A DNA stretch of 64,000 bases from a bacterium (GTDB lineage: Bacteria; UBA8248). Position numbers and translations under genes: made by a program. Under the pieces are notes generated by a model. The model ran no database searches. It was not told the DNA's origin and saw only the letters and a program-made list of their open reading frames with translations. Shown here piece after piece: positions 39,320 to 48,861 of the stretch; positions within the stretch are counted from its first letter, which is position 1; each line of letters begins with the position of its first letter. The stretch lies in the NCBI GenBank assembly GCA_965202625.1, contig CBDBBI010000010.1:1568001-1632000 (forward strand). Direction: 5' to 3'.

Positions 39320-40063
39320 ATGATTTCCAGAGTTTTTCGTTTATGCCTGGCGTTGGCGACAGGGGTGATTCTCGCGTTCGCCGGCGTTCCGGATGCCATA
39401 GCCAAATGCGGCGGTGAAACCAGAATCCACAACCTCGTCGCCTTCCTGAATTGCGACCCCACCGGTATTTCTTACAAAAACATCTCCCGGGCGATGGACA
39501 GGGACGTCGGCAAAATTTGCCGGGCGGCTTGTTCCAACGTCAAAAGCGCGAAAGACCAGGAAAACTGCCGCAAGGAATATCTCAAGGTGATTCATCGCCA
39601 TCAACGCGCCGTGAAAAGATACGCCCGCGGCAAAGGCTGCAAGTTCAGGAGCAAATACTTCGAGGAGGAATGGAAAGCGGCGGGAGCGAAACAGGCGGGA
39701 GACACGATGTATAAAGGCTGCAAGGCCATCGGCAACTGGAAGAGAACCGTCTACGGGCCACCCGCCAAGGGCTGCCCTAGCTGCGACTTTCACATCAAAG
39801 ACGTCATTATTTGTTCAATTAAAGTGTCGTGCGAAGCCAATTCGGAACTCCATAAAAAGCACCCGAAGAAACTGGCCGACCTCGGTGCCTTTGAGGCAGA
39901 CGGCCTTTGTATGGCCAATGAAGAGACGGGAGACTGCCCTCCCGTTAGGAACTGTGGAAAGGACAAGACTGTCGACGGCGGTCAAAACTACTTAGAAAAC
40001 TACACAAAGCGGGGGGTGAAGGTGGAAAGCCTGGAGGAACAAGAAGGGCCTTCCAATAGATAG
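39320..40063 (+). CDS. Secreted Cys-rich protein of unknown family, paralog 3
   Basis: GGAG-type RBS; signal-peptide-like N-terminus; 14 Cys in mature part. Confidence 0.85.
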   Translation: MISRVFRLCLALATGVILAFAGVPDAIAKCGGETRIHNLVAFLNCDPTGISYKNISRAMDRDVGKICRAACSNVKSAKDQENCRKEYLKVIHRHQRAVKRYARGKGCKFRSKYFEEEWKAAGAKQAGDTMYKGCKAIGNWKRTVYGPPAKGCPSCDFHIKDVIICSIKVSCEANSELHKKHPKKLADLGAFEADGLCMANEETGDCPPVRNCGKDKTVDGGQNYLENYTKRGVKVESLEEQEGPSNR

Positions 40064-40077
40064 AGGCAAGCCGCCCC
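40058..40077 (+). repeat. 20-bp direct repeat, copy 2; contains the TAG stop of paralog 3
   Basis: Identical to 39191-39210. Confidence 0.85.
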
Positions 40078-40341
40078 AAAGGCGATCAGTCACGCATGGG
40101 TTCGCGGGTGCTCTTGCTGGCTACGGTTGTCCGAGTGTTTGCTGGAAGCCCGCCCGCAAAAACACGTCCTGCTCCAGGCTCCCTCGGGCTTTTGACCGGT
40201 GGGTTCCTTCATCCCTCGCGTCGCGCAAGAGTTCCGCGCGCGAAAACCCGCCCGGAAAGTCCGGCGATGCCTGGCTTGGATGGAAGGGGCGGCCCGCCGC
40301 AACCTGGTGCGGATTCGGGAGTGTTCGCGGGGATTGGGCCC

Positions 40342-41250
40342 CTAGACCTCTTGCATTCTCTTGACGGCCTCGGCGGGCAGCGGTTCGCCGCAAGCGGCGT
40401 TTTGCGTGGATTGCTCAGGCGTTCTGATGCCCGGAATCACGCAACTGACGTTTTCGTTTGAAACGCAGAACCGAATGGCCGCCTCCGCCGGAGATATGCC
40501 CAGATTTCCCGCCACCTCTCGAACGCGGTTAAGCTGACCCTGAAATTTCTGTATGTCCTCTCGAGGCAATACCTGTTTTCTCCGATCTCCCTCTACAAAC
40601 TCGAACGTCTCGTCAATGCGGCCGGAGAGAAACCCCCGCTTCATCGGCACGCGCGATATCACGCCCACGTCCGCCGCCTTCGCCCGCGCGAAGACGGGCG
40701 CCGCCTCCTGGCTGATGACGTTGTATTCCATCTGCAGGGTGGCGGGCTTGTTTTGCTCCACCGCCAGATCGCACTCCTCCACCGTATTCACGGAAACGCC
40801 CCAGTGCCTGATTTTTCCATCGTCCCTGGCTTGCTCCAGGAGAGCGTAGCTGTCCTCGGCCGCCATGTTGTCAACGTTGGGGTTGTGAAGCTGATAGTAG
40901 TCAATCGCGTCAACGCCCAGGCGCTTGAGGCTCTCCTCCAGACAGACGCCGATATAATCAGGCGTGAAATTGCGCGTCCTCGTCCTCATGTCGCTTCCCC
41001 CCTTGGTGAAAATCAGAATTTCACCGCGGTCGGAACGCTCGTTGAGAAATTTGCCGATAACCGTCTCGCTATGGCCCGCGCCGTAGGAGTTCGAGGTGTC
41101 GATGAAATTCATGCCGGCGTCGACGGCGACGTGCAGCGCGCGATTGCTCTCCGCATCATCCACCGGGCCGAATACGCCCCCAATGGTCATCGCGCCGAAC
41201 CCGATGACGGTGATCTCCAAACCGGTGCGTCCAAGCCTTCTCTTCTCCAT
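40342..41250 (-). CDS. Aldo/keto reductase
   Basis: LGRTGL, GMNFIDTSNSYG, SLKRLGVDAIDYYQLH, GKIRHWGVS. Confidence 0.92.
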   Translation of the reverse strand: MEKRRLGRTGLEITVIGFGAMTIGGVFGPVDDAESNRALHVAVDAGMNFIDTSNSYGAGHSETVIGKFLNERSDRGEILIFTKGGSDMRTRTRNFTPDYIGVCLEESLKRLGVDAIDYYQLHNPNVDNMAAEDSYALLEQARDDGKIRHWGVSVNTVEECDLAVEQNKPATLQMEYNVISQEAAPVFARAKAADVGVISRVPMKRGFLSGRIDETFEFVEGDRRKQVLPREDIQKFQGQLNRVREVAGNLGISPAEAAIRFCVSNENVSCVIPGIRTPEQSTQNAACGEPLPAEAVKRMQEV

Positions 41251-41611
41251 TTGTCTATCTCCATTGCAAACGGGGGAACGCTGCGCACGCTCCGGCGATC
41301 AACCCTGAAGCGCCTTGAGGGTTCCCTCTATAAAAAAATAGCGACGAAGCGAAAAGATGATTCTATTATATTCTTCCTCGCCCCGCATCCGCAATCGCAC
41401 CCGACCATATGCGAAAGAAACTGCCTGGGCTATACTTCTCTCGCCCCGCCTCGTGATTGCGCCGTCATCCAGAGAATGCGGCGCGCCGCTGGAGCGCATC
41501 GTCGAGGAGAATCTATGAGGGCGAGAGAGGAGTTTCAAAGGAAAACAGAGGGCGATGCGATAGCGCGCCATTCGAGAACTATTGCCGCACGACAGGCCAA
41601 GGGAGAATGCC

Positions 41612-42451
41612 ATGAAATTCGGCGTCGCGATTTTTCCGACGGATTATTCCATCAGTCCGCATCAGGTCGCCAAAGAAGCCGAGGACAGGGGGTTCGAGTC
41701 GATCTTCTTTCCGGAACACACCCACATTCCGGCGAGCCGAAAAACCCCCTGGCCCGGCGGGGCGGAACTCCCCCTGGAATACTCTCACTCGCTCGATCTG
41801 TTCGTGGCACTTGGCGCGGCGGCGGCGGCGACGGAAAAAATCATGCTTGGCACGGGCATTTGTCTCGTCATCGAGCGCGACCCCATCACCCTGGCGGGCG
41901 AGGTAGCCACGCTCGACCACCTCTCGAACGGCCGCGCGCTCTTCGGCGTGGGCGGCGGCTGGAATCGCGAGGAGATGGAAAACCACGGAACGCGTTTCGA
42001 GAAGCGTTGGATCATCCTGCGCGAGCGCATCGAGGCCATGAAAGCCATCTGGACGGAGGATGAGGCGAGCTATCACGGAAATTTCGTGGATTTCGAGCGC
42101 ATATGGTCCTGGCCCAAACCGATCCAGAAACCGCACCCGCCCATATTGGTGGGCGGAAACGGAGAGAGAACGCTCGAGCGCGTGGCCCGCTACGGGGACG
42201 AGTGGATGCCGCTGCCCCGGGGGGACATGGCCTGGACGGCGCGCATCCAGGAGCTCCAGGAGCTGGCGGCCAAAGCGGGGCGCGCACCCATTCCCGTGAC
42301 GATGTTCTTCGCACCGCCTGACCCTGAAAAACTACGCGACCTTGAGAGCAGGGGGGTGGGGAGAAGCCTTTTCATCCTGCCCTCGGCAAAGGCCGACGTC
42401 GTGTTGCCAAAACTCGACGAACTGGCCGCCGTCGTGGCGCGATTCGGCTAG
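41612..42451 (+). CDS. LLM-class (probably F420-dependent) oxidoreductase
   Basis: AEDRGFESIFFPEHTHIP, ATLDHLSNGR, GGGWNREEM, PKPIQKPHPPI. Confidence 0.88.
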   Translation: MKFGVAIFPTDYSISPHQVAKEAEDRGFESIFFPEHTHIPASRKTPWPGGAELPLEYSHSLDLFVALGAAAAATEKIMLGTGICLVIERDPITLAGEVATLDHLSNGRALFGVGGGWNREEMENHGTRFEKRWIILRERIEAMKAIWTEDEASYHGNFVDFERIWSWPKPIQKPHPPILVGGNGERTLERVARYGDEWMPLPRGDMAWTARIQELQELAAKAGRAPIPVTMFFAPPDPEKLRDLESRGVGRSLFILPSAKADVVLPKLDELAAVVARFG

Positions 42452-42915
42452 TGGCAGGAGGCGATTCCGCGTTTTTCCAGATACTGCTGGTGGTAGTCCT
42501 CGCCCATCCAGAATCGCGGCGCCGGCGTGATCTCCGTCACTATCGGGCGGCCGTGGCGCCCCGAGCGTTCCTGCTCCTCCCTGGAGGCGCGCGCCGAGGC
42601 CTCCTGGGCGGGCGAGAAGAAATAAATCGCCGAGCGATACTGGGTACCGACGTCGGGGCCCTGTCGATTCAGCGTGCAGGGATCGTGCATCCGCCAGAAC
42701 AAATCCAGAAGAGCCTGATAAGCGACCCGCTGCGGCTCAAACTCCAGATAGACCACCTCCGCATGTCCCGTGCGGCCAGAGCACACCTCCCTGTAGGCGG
42801 GTTCGTCCTTCGTCCCGCCCGCGTATCCCACGGCGGTGTGCGTCACGCCTTCCACCTTCCGAAATTCCGCCTCCACCCCCCAAAAACAACCCGCGCCGAA
42901 CATGGCCTTTTCCAT
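42448..42915 (-). CDS. msrA: Peptide methionine sulfoxide reductase A (Cys form)
   Basis: GCFWGVE, GHAEVV, RQGPDVGTQYRS, EDYHQQYL. Confidence 0.95.
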   Translation of the reverse strand: MEKAMFGAGCFWGVEAEFRKVEGVTHTAVGYAGGTKDEPAYREVCSGRTGHAEVVYLEFEPQRVAYQALLDLFWRMHDPCTLNRQGPDVGTQYRSAIYFFSPAQEASARASREEQERSGRHGRPIVTEITPAPRFWMGEDYHQQYLEKRGIASCH

Positions 42916-42941
42916 AAGCCCTCCTCGTTGAAAACCTGAAA

Positions 42942-44039
42942 CTACGGCTCTATCTCCACGCTTCCGGGCGGACCCTCCATCACCTCGCCAAACACGGCAG
43001 CGTGCGCGACGCCCGCCCCGCGCAGGGTGCCCAAAAGCGCCTCCTCCTTGTCCGCACCTACCGCGATGATCAGCCCGCCGGAGGTTTGCGCGTCGTTGAG
43101 CAAGGCGAGCATCTCATCATCAACGCCCCGCTTCGCTTCGACGAAGGGTTTTGTCCAACGGCGGTTGCGCTCGCCCCCTCCGGCGGTGCCGGCGACGGCG
43201 TGCGGAAGAAGCGCCTCGAACCGGGGCACCTCGGAGAAGACGACCCGCGCGCGCGCGCCACTGGCCTCCAGCACGTTATGCAGATGACCCAGGAGACCGA
43301 ACCCCGTCACGTCCGTGCAGGCGTTCACGCCCACGCGCATCATACATTCGCTCGCTATTTTGTTGAGCGTTCGCATCGAGGCGACCGCCTCTTCAAATAC
43401 GCCGTCGCGGAGTTTTCCGTTTTTTCCCAGAATGCCGCGCGCGGCCCTCATCATCGGGTTCACCCGTTTCGTCACGTTGGTGACGATGCCGGTGCCGATT
43501 TTTTTCGTCAAAACGAGCTTGTCGCCCGGCTTCGCCCCCCGGTTCGTCACCATCTCTCTTGGGTCGATCGTTCCGGTGACGGCGATGCCGTATTTGGGTT
43601 CCACGTCATCCACGCTGTGGCCACCCACGATGACGCCGCCCGCCTCGCGCATCTTGTCCGCTCCGCCGGACAGAATTCTCCCCAACACGTCCAGCCCGAT
43701 ATGGCAGGGGAAGCCCACCAGATTCAATCCGGTGATCGGCCGCGCGCCCATGGTGAAGCAATCGCTCAGCGCGTTGGCCGCGGCTATCTGCCCGTAGGCG
43801 TATGGATCGTCCACGATGGGGGTGAAAAAATCCACCGTCTGGACGATAGCCAAATCTTCTCTGAGCCGATAAACGCCCGTGTCATCCCCGGGGTTCACGC
43901 CATAGAGCAGATTCGGATCTGAAAACGGCTCAAACTGGCTCAACGCCGTCCTGAGGTCCTCCGGACCCAGTTTTGAGCCTCAGCCCCCCGCCTTGACCAT
44001 GCGGGTCAACTCTACCTTTCTCTCCGATGCCGTTGCCAT
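42942..44039 (-). CDS. selD: Selenide, water dikinase, selenocysteine-containing (UGA at codon 20)
   Basis: Reading through TGA (43980-43982) gives MATASERKVELTRMVKAGG-U-GSKLGPEDL; DDTGVY, TVDFFTP, AANALSD, GGHS, DVTGFGLLGH, DAQTSGGL. Confidence 0.93.
43951..43970 (-). promoter_or_regulatory. Putative bacterial SECIS hairpin of selD
   Basis: CUG-GGUCC-GGA-GGACC-U-CAG beginning 9 nt after the UGA. Confidence 0.7.
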
Positions 44040-44183
44040 TCCCGCTCCCTCAAAATGACGGCCTTACGCTTGAAAAAATATCCAGCGGGAGAGATAGTAA
44101 TACATATTCAAGGGAGAGACAAAAAACGTTTCTCTCGCCCTTATATCCCTTCGTTTTCCCGAAAAGCCGAAAAGGACGCTGGC

Positions 44184-45152
44184 ATGAAAGTCGTGATCTC
44201 GGACGACTACCAGGACTGCGTCCGCCGCCTGGCGTGCTTCTCCAAGATGGCGGCACACGACGTCACCATCCACAACGACACGGTGGACAGCGTCGCCGCA
44301 CTCGCCGAGCGGTTTCAGAAAGCGGAGGCCATCGTTTTGATCAGGGAGCGCACCCGCATCACGGATGCGCTGCTCGCCAGACTCCCCAACCTCAAAATCG
44401 TGAGCCAAACGGGCGCGGGTTTCGCCTCACACGTCGATCTGGAAGCCTGCACGCGCCGCAAGGTAGCCGTGGCCGCCGGAGGGGCCGGCACGCGCTCCAC
44501 GTGCGAGCTCGCCTGGGGCTTGATCCATTGCGCGATGCGCTCCCTCCCTCAAGAGATCAACAATCTGGCGGACGGCGGCTGGCAAACCACGCTGGGAGAA
44601 GACCTCTACGGAAAAACGCTTGGAGTGTTCGCCTACGGAAAAATCGGCGCCCAGGTGGCCGCCGTGGGAAAGGCGTTTGGCATGAACGTCCTCGCCCACG
44701 GAAGAGCGGGTTCGGCCGAACGCGCCCGGGCGGACGGCGTCCCGATGGCGCCCAGCAAAGAGGCGCTCCTCAAGGCCGCCGACGTCTTGAGCCTCCACGT
44801 TCGCCTGACGCCCGAGACGAGGGGCATCATGACGGCGAGGGATTTGCGCCTCATGAAGCCCAGCGCCCTTTTGGTGAACACCAGCCGCGCCGGGTTGATA
44901 GAACAAGGCGCGCTCGAAGCGGCGCTCAAGGCGGGAAGGCCCGGCTTCGCCGCTGTGGACGTGTATGAGAAAGAACCCGTCCGGGGGGCGGAACACCCTC
45001 TATTGGCCATGAGAAACGCGATTTGCGCACCCCACCTCGGCTACGTTACGAGGGGAACGTTCGAGACGTATTTCGGGCGCGCCTTCGATCAGATCAACGC
45101 CTTCGCCGAGGGAAAACCGATGAACGTTCATAACCCCGAAGTCCTCGGTTGA
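44184..45152 (+). CDS. D-2-hydroxyacid dehydrogenase family protein
   Basis: DDYQ, IRERT, YGKIG, LVNTSRA, AVDVYEKEP, PHLGYV. Confidence 0.9.
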   Translation: MKVVISDDYQDCVRRLACFSKMAAHDVTIHNDTVDSVAALAERFQKAEAIVLIRERTRITDALLARLPNLKIVSQTGAGFASHVDLEACTRRKVAVAAGGAGTRSTCELAWGLIHCAMRSLPQEINNLADGGWQTTLGEDLYGKTLGVFAYGKIGAQVAAVGKAFGMNVLAHGRAGSAERARADGVPMAPSKEALLKAADVLSLHVRLTPETRGIMTARDLRLMKPSALLVNTSRAGLIEQGALEAALKAGRPGFAAVDVYEKEPVRGAEHPLLAMRNAICAPHLGYVTRGTFETYFGRAFDQINAFAEGKPMNVHNPEVLG

Positions 45153-45264
45153 CGTCTCGTTTCGCGCGCGCTTTCTCATCTGGCTTGATCTTTCACGCGA
45201 GCCGATGTTGAATCCTCTCTCTAAGTCGTAAAGTTCGCTTCGCGTTTATCTGAGGGACGCCAGG

Positions 45265-46407
45265 TTGGATTTCGCCTTCAACGACCGCCAGAAACTCATG
45301 CGCCGCACGCTCCACGATCTCCTCGCGCGCGTCTGCCCGCCTGAATACGCGATGGACTGCGACAGGAAGGGCGAAGCGCCGATGGACGCCTATAAGGCAC
45401 TGGCCGACGACGGGTGGATCGGCATATCCGCGCCCGAGGCATACGGCGGGATGGGAGGCGACGCGCTCGACCTGGCCCTCGTCCTCGAAACCACGGGGAT
45501 TCACTACCTCGACCTCGCCACCATGATCTTCAGAAACGTTTGCTACGGCGTGGACGCCCTCCTGCTCAGCGGAACCGACGCGCAAAAAGAAAAATTCATT
45601 CCCTCCACCATCAAGGGGGACGCCTATTTCGCCTTCAGCCTCACGGAGCCGGACGCCGGCTCGGACGCGGCGGCCATCATCGCCCGGGCGGATCGCGAGG
45701 AGGACCGCTTCCGAATCACGGGAACGAAAAACTTCACCTCCGGTATGCCGACGGCGACGCACGTTCTGGTCGCCGCGCGGACGGACAACTCGGGCGCGAA
45801 GCACGAGGGCATCACGAACTTCATCCTTCCCGCCGAGGCGGAGGGCGTCACCTGGTCGAAACTCCATTTGCTCGGCCATCGGGCGATGGGTACCTGCGTG
45901 GCGCATTACGACGCCGTGGAGGCGGGCGCATCCGACGTTCTGGGAAAAGTGGGAGACGGCTGGAGGGGGCTCATGGCCTACATCACTACCGAGCGTTTGT
46001 GCCTGTCCGCCGCGCGCACGGGCGCGGCGGCCGCCGCGCTGGCACTGGCGCTGGATCATGCGAAGGAGAGAAAGCAATTCGGCCGCGCCATCGGCAAGTT
46101 TCAGGCGGTGAGCCACATGCTCGCCGAAATGCACGTGCTCGTCGATACGGCGCGGCTTCAGGTCTATCGATTCGCCTGGCTGGTCGCCCAGGGACAAGCG
46201 GGACGCATCGAAGCCGCAACGCTCAAGCTCTACGCCGGAGAAGCCTACAAGCGGGTGGCCGACCTGGGCGTTCAGGTGATGGGGGGATACGGCTACAGCG
46301 GGGAATACGCCATGGAGCGTCACTATCGGGACGCTCGGCTGGCCACCATCGGAGCAGGCACGAGCGAGGTGCAAAGAAACATCATCGCAAAGGCACTGGG
46401 GCTTTAG
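45265..46407 (+). CDS. Acyl-CoA dehydrogenase
   Basis: FSLTEPDAGSD, RKQFGRAIGKFQAV, MGGYGY, RDARLATIGAGTSEVQ. Confidence 0.92.
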   Translation: MDFAFNDRQKLMRRTLHDLLARVCPPEYAMDCDRKGEAPMDAYKALADDGWIGISAPEAYGGMGGDALDLALVLETTGIHYLDLATMIFRNVCYGVDALLLSGTDAQKEKFIPSTIKGDAYFAFSLTEPDAGSDAAAIIARADREEDRFRITGTKNFTSGMPTATHVLVAARTDNSGAKHEGITNFILPAEAEGVTWSKLHLLGHRAMGTCVAHYDAVEAGASDVLGKVGDGWRGLMAYITTERLCLSAARTGAAAAALALALDHAKERKQFGRAIGKFQAVSHMLAEMHVLVDTARLQVYRFAWLVAQGQAGRIEAATLKLYAGEAYKRVADLGVQVMGGYGYSGEYAMERHYRDARLATIGAGTSEVQRNIIAKALGL

Positions 46408-46502
46408 CCTCCGCGCAAGCTTGATGATTCCGCCAAAAGAGCCGAAACTGGCCTCTGAAGAAATGGACGCGACGGGGCGACATTCATGAGGACGCCGACT
46501 TC

Positions 46503-46970
46503 ATGCCGTTAGACAAAAGCATATTGGAGAGAACGTTCCCTGAATTTGCATTTTGCGTTGAGAGCGGAAAAATCAGGGAATACGCGCGCGCCTTGGGTCT
46601 GACCGACCCGGTGCATACGGACCTGGAAGCCGCCAGGGCCGCCGGCTTTGCCAATCTGCTCGCTCCGCCTACGTTCACCCGCCAGTTCTGGCACGAAAAC
46701 CCCGAGAACGACCCCATGCCGCATCTGGGCTACGACCCCAAGCGCCGCCTCCACGGAGAGCAGGAATTTGAATACCACAAGCCCCTGGTCGCCGGCATGT
46801 GCCTGAGGGGCCGAAACGCCATCGTCTCCACGCGCGAGAAAGAAGGCCGCCGCGGCGGAATGATGACTTTCGTCGTCATCGAAACCCGACTGACGGACGA
46901 GACTGGCGAATTGGTTCAGGTGGCGAGGCGCACTCTCATCGAAACCGCGGCCCCTCCCAAGGAGAGTTGA
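46503..46970 (+). CDS. MaoC-like dehydratase, N-terminal-type subunit
   Basis: GKIREYARA, APPTF, LHGEQEFEYHKPL. Confidence 0.85.
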   Translation: MPLDKSILERTFPEFAFCVESGKIREYARALGLTDPVHTDLEAARAAGFANLLAPPTFTRQFWHENPENDPMPHLGYDPKRRLHGEQEFEYHKPLVAGMCLRGRNAIVSTREKEGRRGGMMTFVVIETRLTDETGELVQVARRTLIETAAPPKES

Positions 46971-46982
46971 CCGAGGCTGCGC

Positions 46983-47414
46983 ATGACAAAAACCACGACA
47001 TACGCGAAATGGCAGGAACTCACCGAGGGCGTCGAGCGCGCCTTGACGGTGGGGCCCATCACCCGCACGGACCTGGTGCGCTACGCGGGCGCCAGCGGAG
47101 ATTTCAACCCCAACCACCACGATGAGATTTACGCCATTCGCTCGGGGTTCGAAAAACCCTTCGCCCACGGAATGCTCCAGGGCGGATATCTCGCCCGCCT
47201 GCTCAGCGAATGGCTCGGTCCCGACTCCCTCACAAACCTCAAACTCCGCTTCAGCGCGCAGGCATGGCCGGGAGACCTGGTGATTTGCAGGGCCAGAGTC
47301 TTGCGTCAATACGAAGAAGAGGGGAAGCGTCTGGTGGAAATCGAGGCGACCGCGACAAACCAGCACGGCGCAACCCTCATCAAGGCGGCGGCAATCGCCG
47401 CTCCTCGAACTTAA
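46983..47414 (+). CDS. MaoC-like dehydratase, catalytic subunit
   Basis: YAGASGDFNPNHHD, AHGML. Confidence 0.88.
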   Translation: MTKTTTYAKWQELTEGVERALTVGPITRTDLVRYAGASGDFNPNHHDEIYAIRSGFEKPFAHGMLQGGYLARLLSEWLGPDSLTNLKLRFSAQAWPGDLVICRARVLRQYEEEGKRLVEIEATATNQHGATLIKAAAIAAPRT

Positions 47415-47431
47415 CTTCAGGATCGCCCAAG

Positions 47432-48643
47432 ATGCTGGCCGGCTACCGCATTCTCGATCTCGGACAGGTCATCGCCGGGGCTATCGGCGGAATGATTCTC
47501 GCCGACATGGGGGCCGAAGTCATCAAAATCGAATCTCCCCAGGGCGACATCGGGCGCAACCCCGCCATCGCCGGCATCGGCCCCGTTTCGAGCATCTTTC
47601 TGACGTTCAACCGAGGCAAGAAGAGCATCGTCATCGACTTGAAGAAACAGCGAGGCAAAGAGCTGTTCTTGTCTCTGGTGGAAAAATCGGACGCCGTGAT
47701 GGTGAACTTCCGGCCGGGCACGATGGAGAGGCTGGGCCTGGGATTCGACGCCATGAAAGAGCGAAACCCCGATATCGTGTTCGTGGATTCGAGCGGATAC
47801 GGGGAGGAGGGGCCCTGGCGCGACAAGCCCGCCTTCGATTTGGTCGAGCAAGCCGTGAGCGGCCACATGTCCATCACGGGCGAGCCGAATCGCCCGCCCG
47901 CCAGAAACGGCTCTCCCACTGCGGACATCTCCACGGCGCTCTACACCGCCATCGCCTGCATGGCGGGCCTGCTCGGCAGCGCGAAAGGAAGGGGCGGGGC
48001 GCATCTCGAAGTGCCCATGTTCGACGTGCAACTCGCCATGCTCGGATACATCGCCACCATGTTTCTCAACAACGGCGACGTGCCCGAACCGCCCGGAAGC
48101 GCCCACGAATACATGGTGCCCTATCAGGCGTTTCCGACGGCCACGATTTATATCGTGCTCTCTCCGCGCGAGGAGCGCTTTTGGAGAAAAATGTGCGAGG
48201 TCATGGGGATGGGCGAACTGGCGGACGACCCGCGCTTTCGGACAAACGACCTTCGCGCCGAGAACAGGGACGTGCTTCTCCCCATCATGGAAGGCATTCT
48301 CATCAAACGTCCGGGCGAGGAGTGGCTTGCGCTTTTCGAGGCGGCGGGCGTGCCCTCCGCGCCGGTGAACCCACTCGATCGCGCCCTTGACAACGAGCAG
48401 GTCGAAGCGAGGCGCCTGATTCGTGCATACGAGTACCCAGAAGTCGGAAGCGTGAAAATAGTGGGCAACCCGATACTGAACCGCACGAGAAACGCAAACC
48501 CCGACCCCGGCCCCGCTCCCCTTCTCGGCGGCGACACCGAGAAGATTCTCCGAGAGATTCTCCTTCTCTCCGATGAGCGCATCCATTCGCTCATCTCATC
48601 CGGGGTCGTCCTCGCCGCCGGCTCCAAAGCGTCCGGAAAATGA
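47432..48643 (+). CDS. CaiB/BaiF family III CoA-transferase
   Basis: ADMGAEVIKIE, NRGKKSI, NFRPG, APLLGGDT. Confidence 0.92.
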   Translation: MLAGYRILDLGQVIAGAIGGMILADMGAEVIKIESPQGDIGRNPAIAGIGPVSSIFLTFNRGKKSIVIDLKKQRGKELFLSLVEKSDAVMVNFRPGTMERLGLGFDAMKERNPDIVFVDSSGYGEEGPWRDKPAFDLVEQAVSGHMSITGEPNRPPARNGSPTADISTALYTAIACMAGLLGSAKGRGGAHLEVPMFDVQLAMLGYIATMFLNNGDVPEPPGSAHEYMVPYQAFPTATIYIVLSPREERFWRKMCEVMGMGELADDPRFRTNDLRAENRDVLLPIMEGILIKRPGEEWLALFEAAGVPSAPVNPLDRALDNEQVEARRLIRAYEYPEVGSVKIVGNPILNRTRNANPDPGPAPLLGGDTEKILREILLLSDERIHSLISSGVVLAAGSKASGK

Positions 48644-48861
48644 CGGGACGCGCCTGAGGAGCGATTCGAGGCGCGCGCAGCTGCACGCCCGGCCACGTCC
48701 AGACAACCAACGCCTGCACAACAGCAAACGCAGAGAAGCGAAGAAAGGTATTCCTTCCTATAAGCGGAGTCATTCTGCTCGGCAGGGGTTGATTTTGTTT
48801 TCTTTTCGATATAAATTTCGCATTATATTCGTTATTCAGCCATTCGACACGGAGAGACGCC

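Noticed and set aside
37482-40063. Diversity-generating retroelement or multihaem cytochrome explanation for the paralog array
   Set aside because: No reverse transcriptase or template repeat in the window, differences are not adenine-specific, and CPSCD is not CxxCH
40250-40270. GGAAAGTCCGG resembling the RNase P RNA core
   Set aside because: The other conserved rnpB elements are absent and the space is too short
42448-42915. Possible Sec-containing MsrA next to selD
   Set aside because: The active site reads GCFWG with a normal Cys codon
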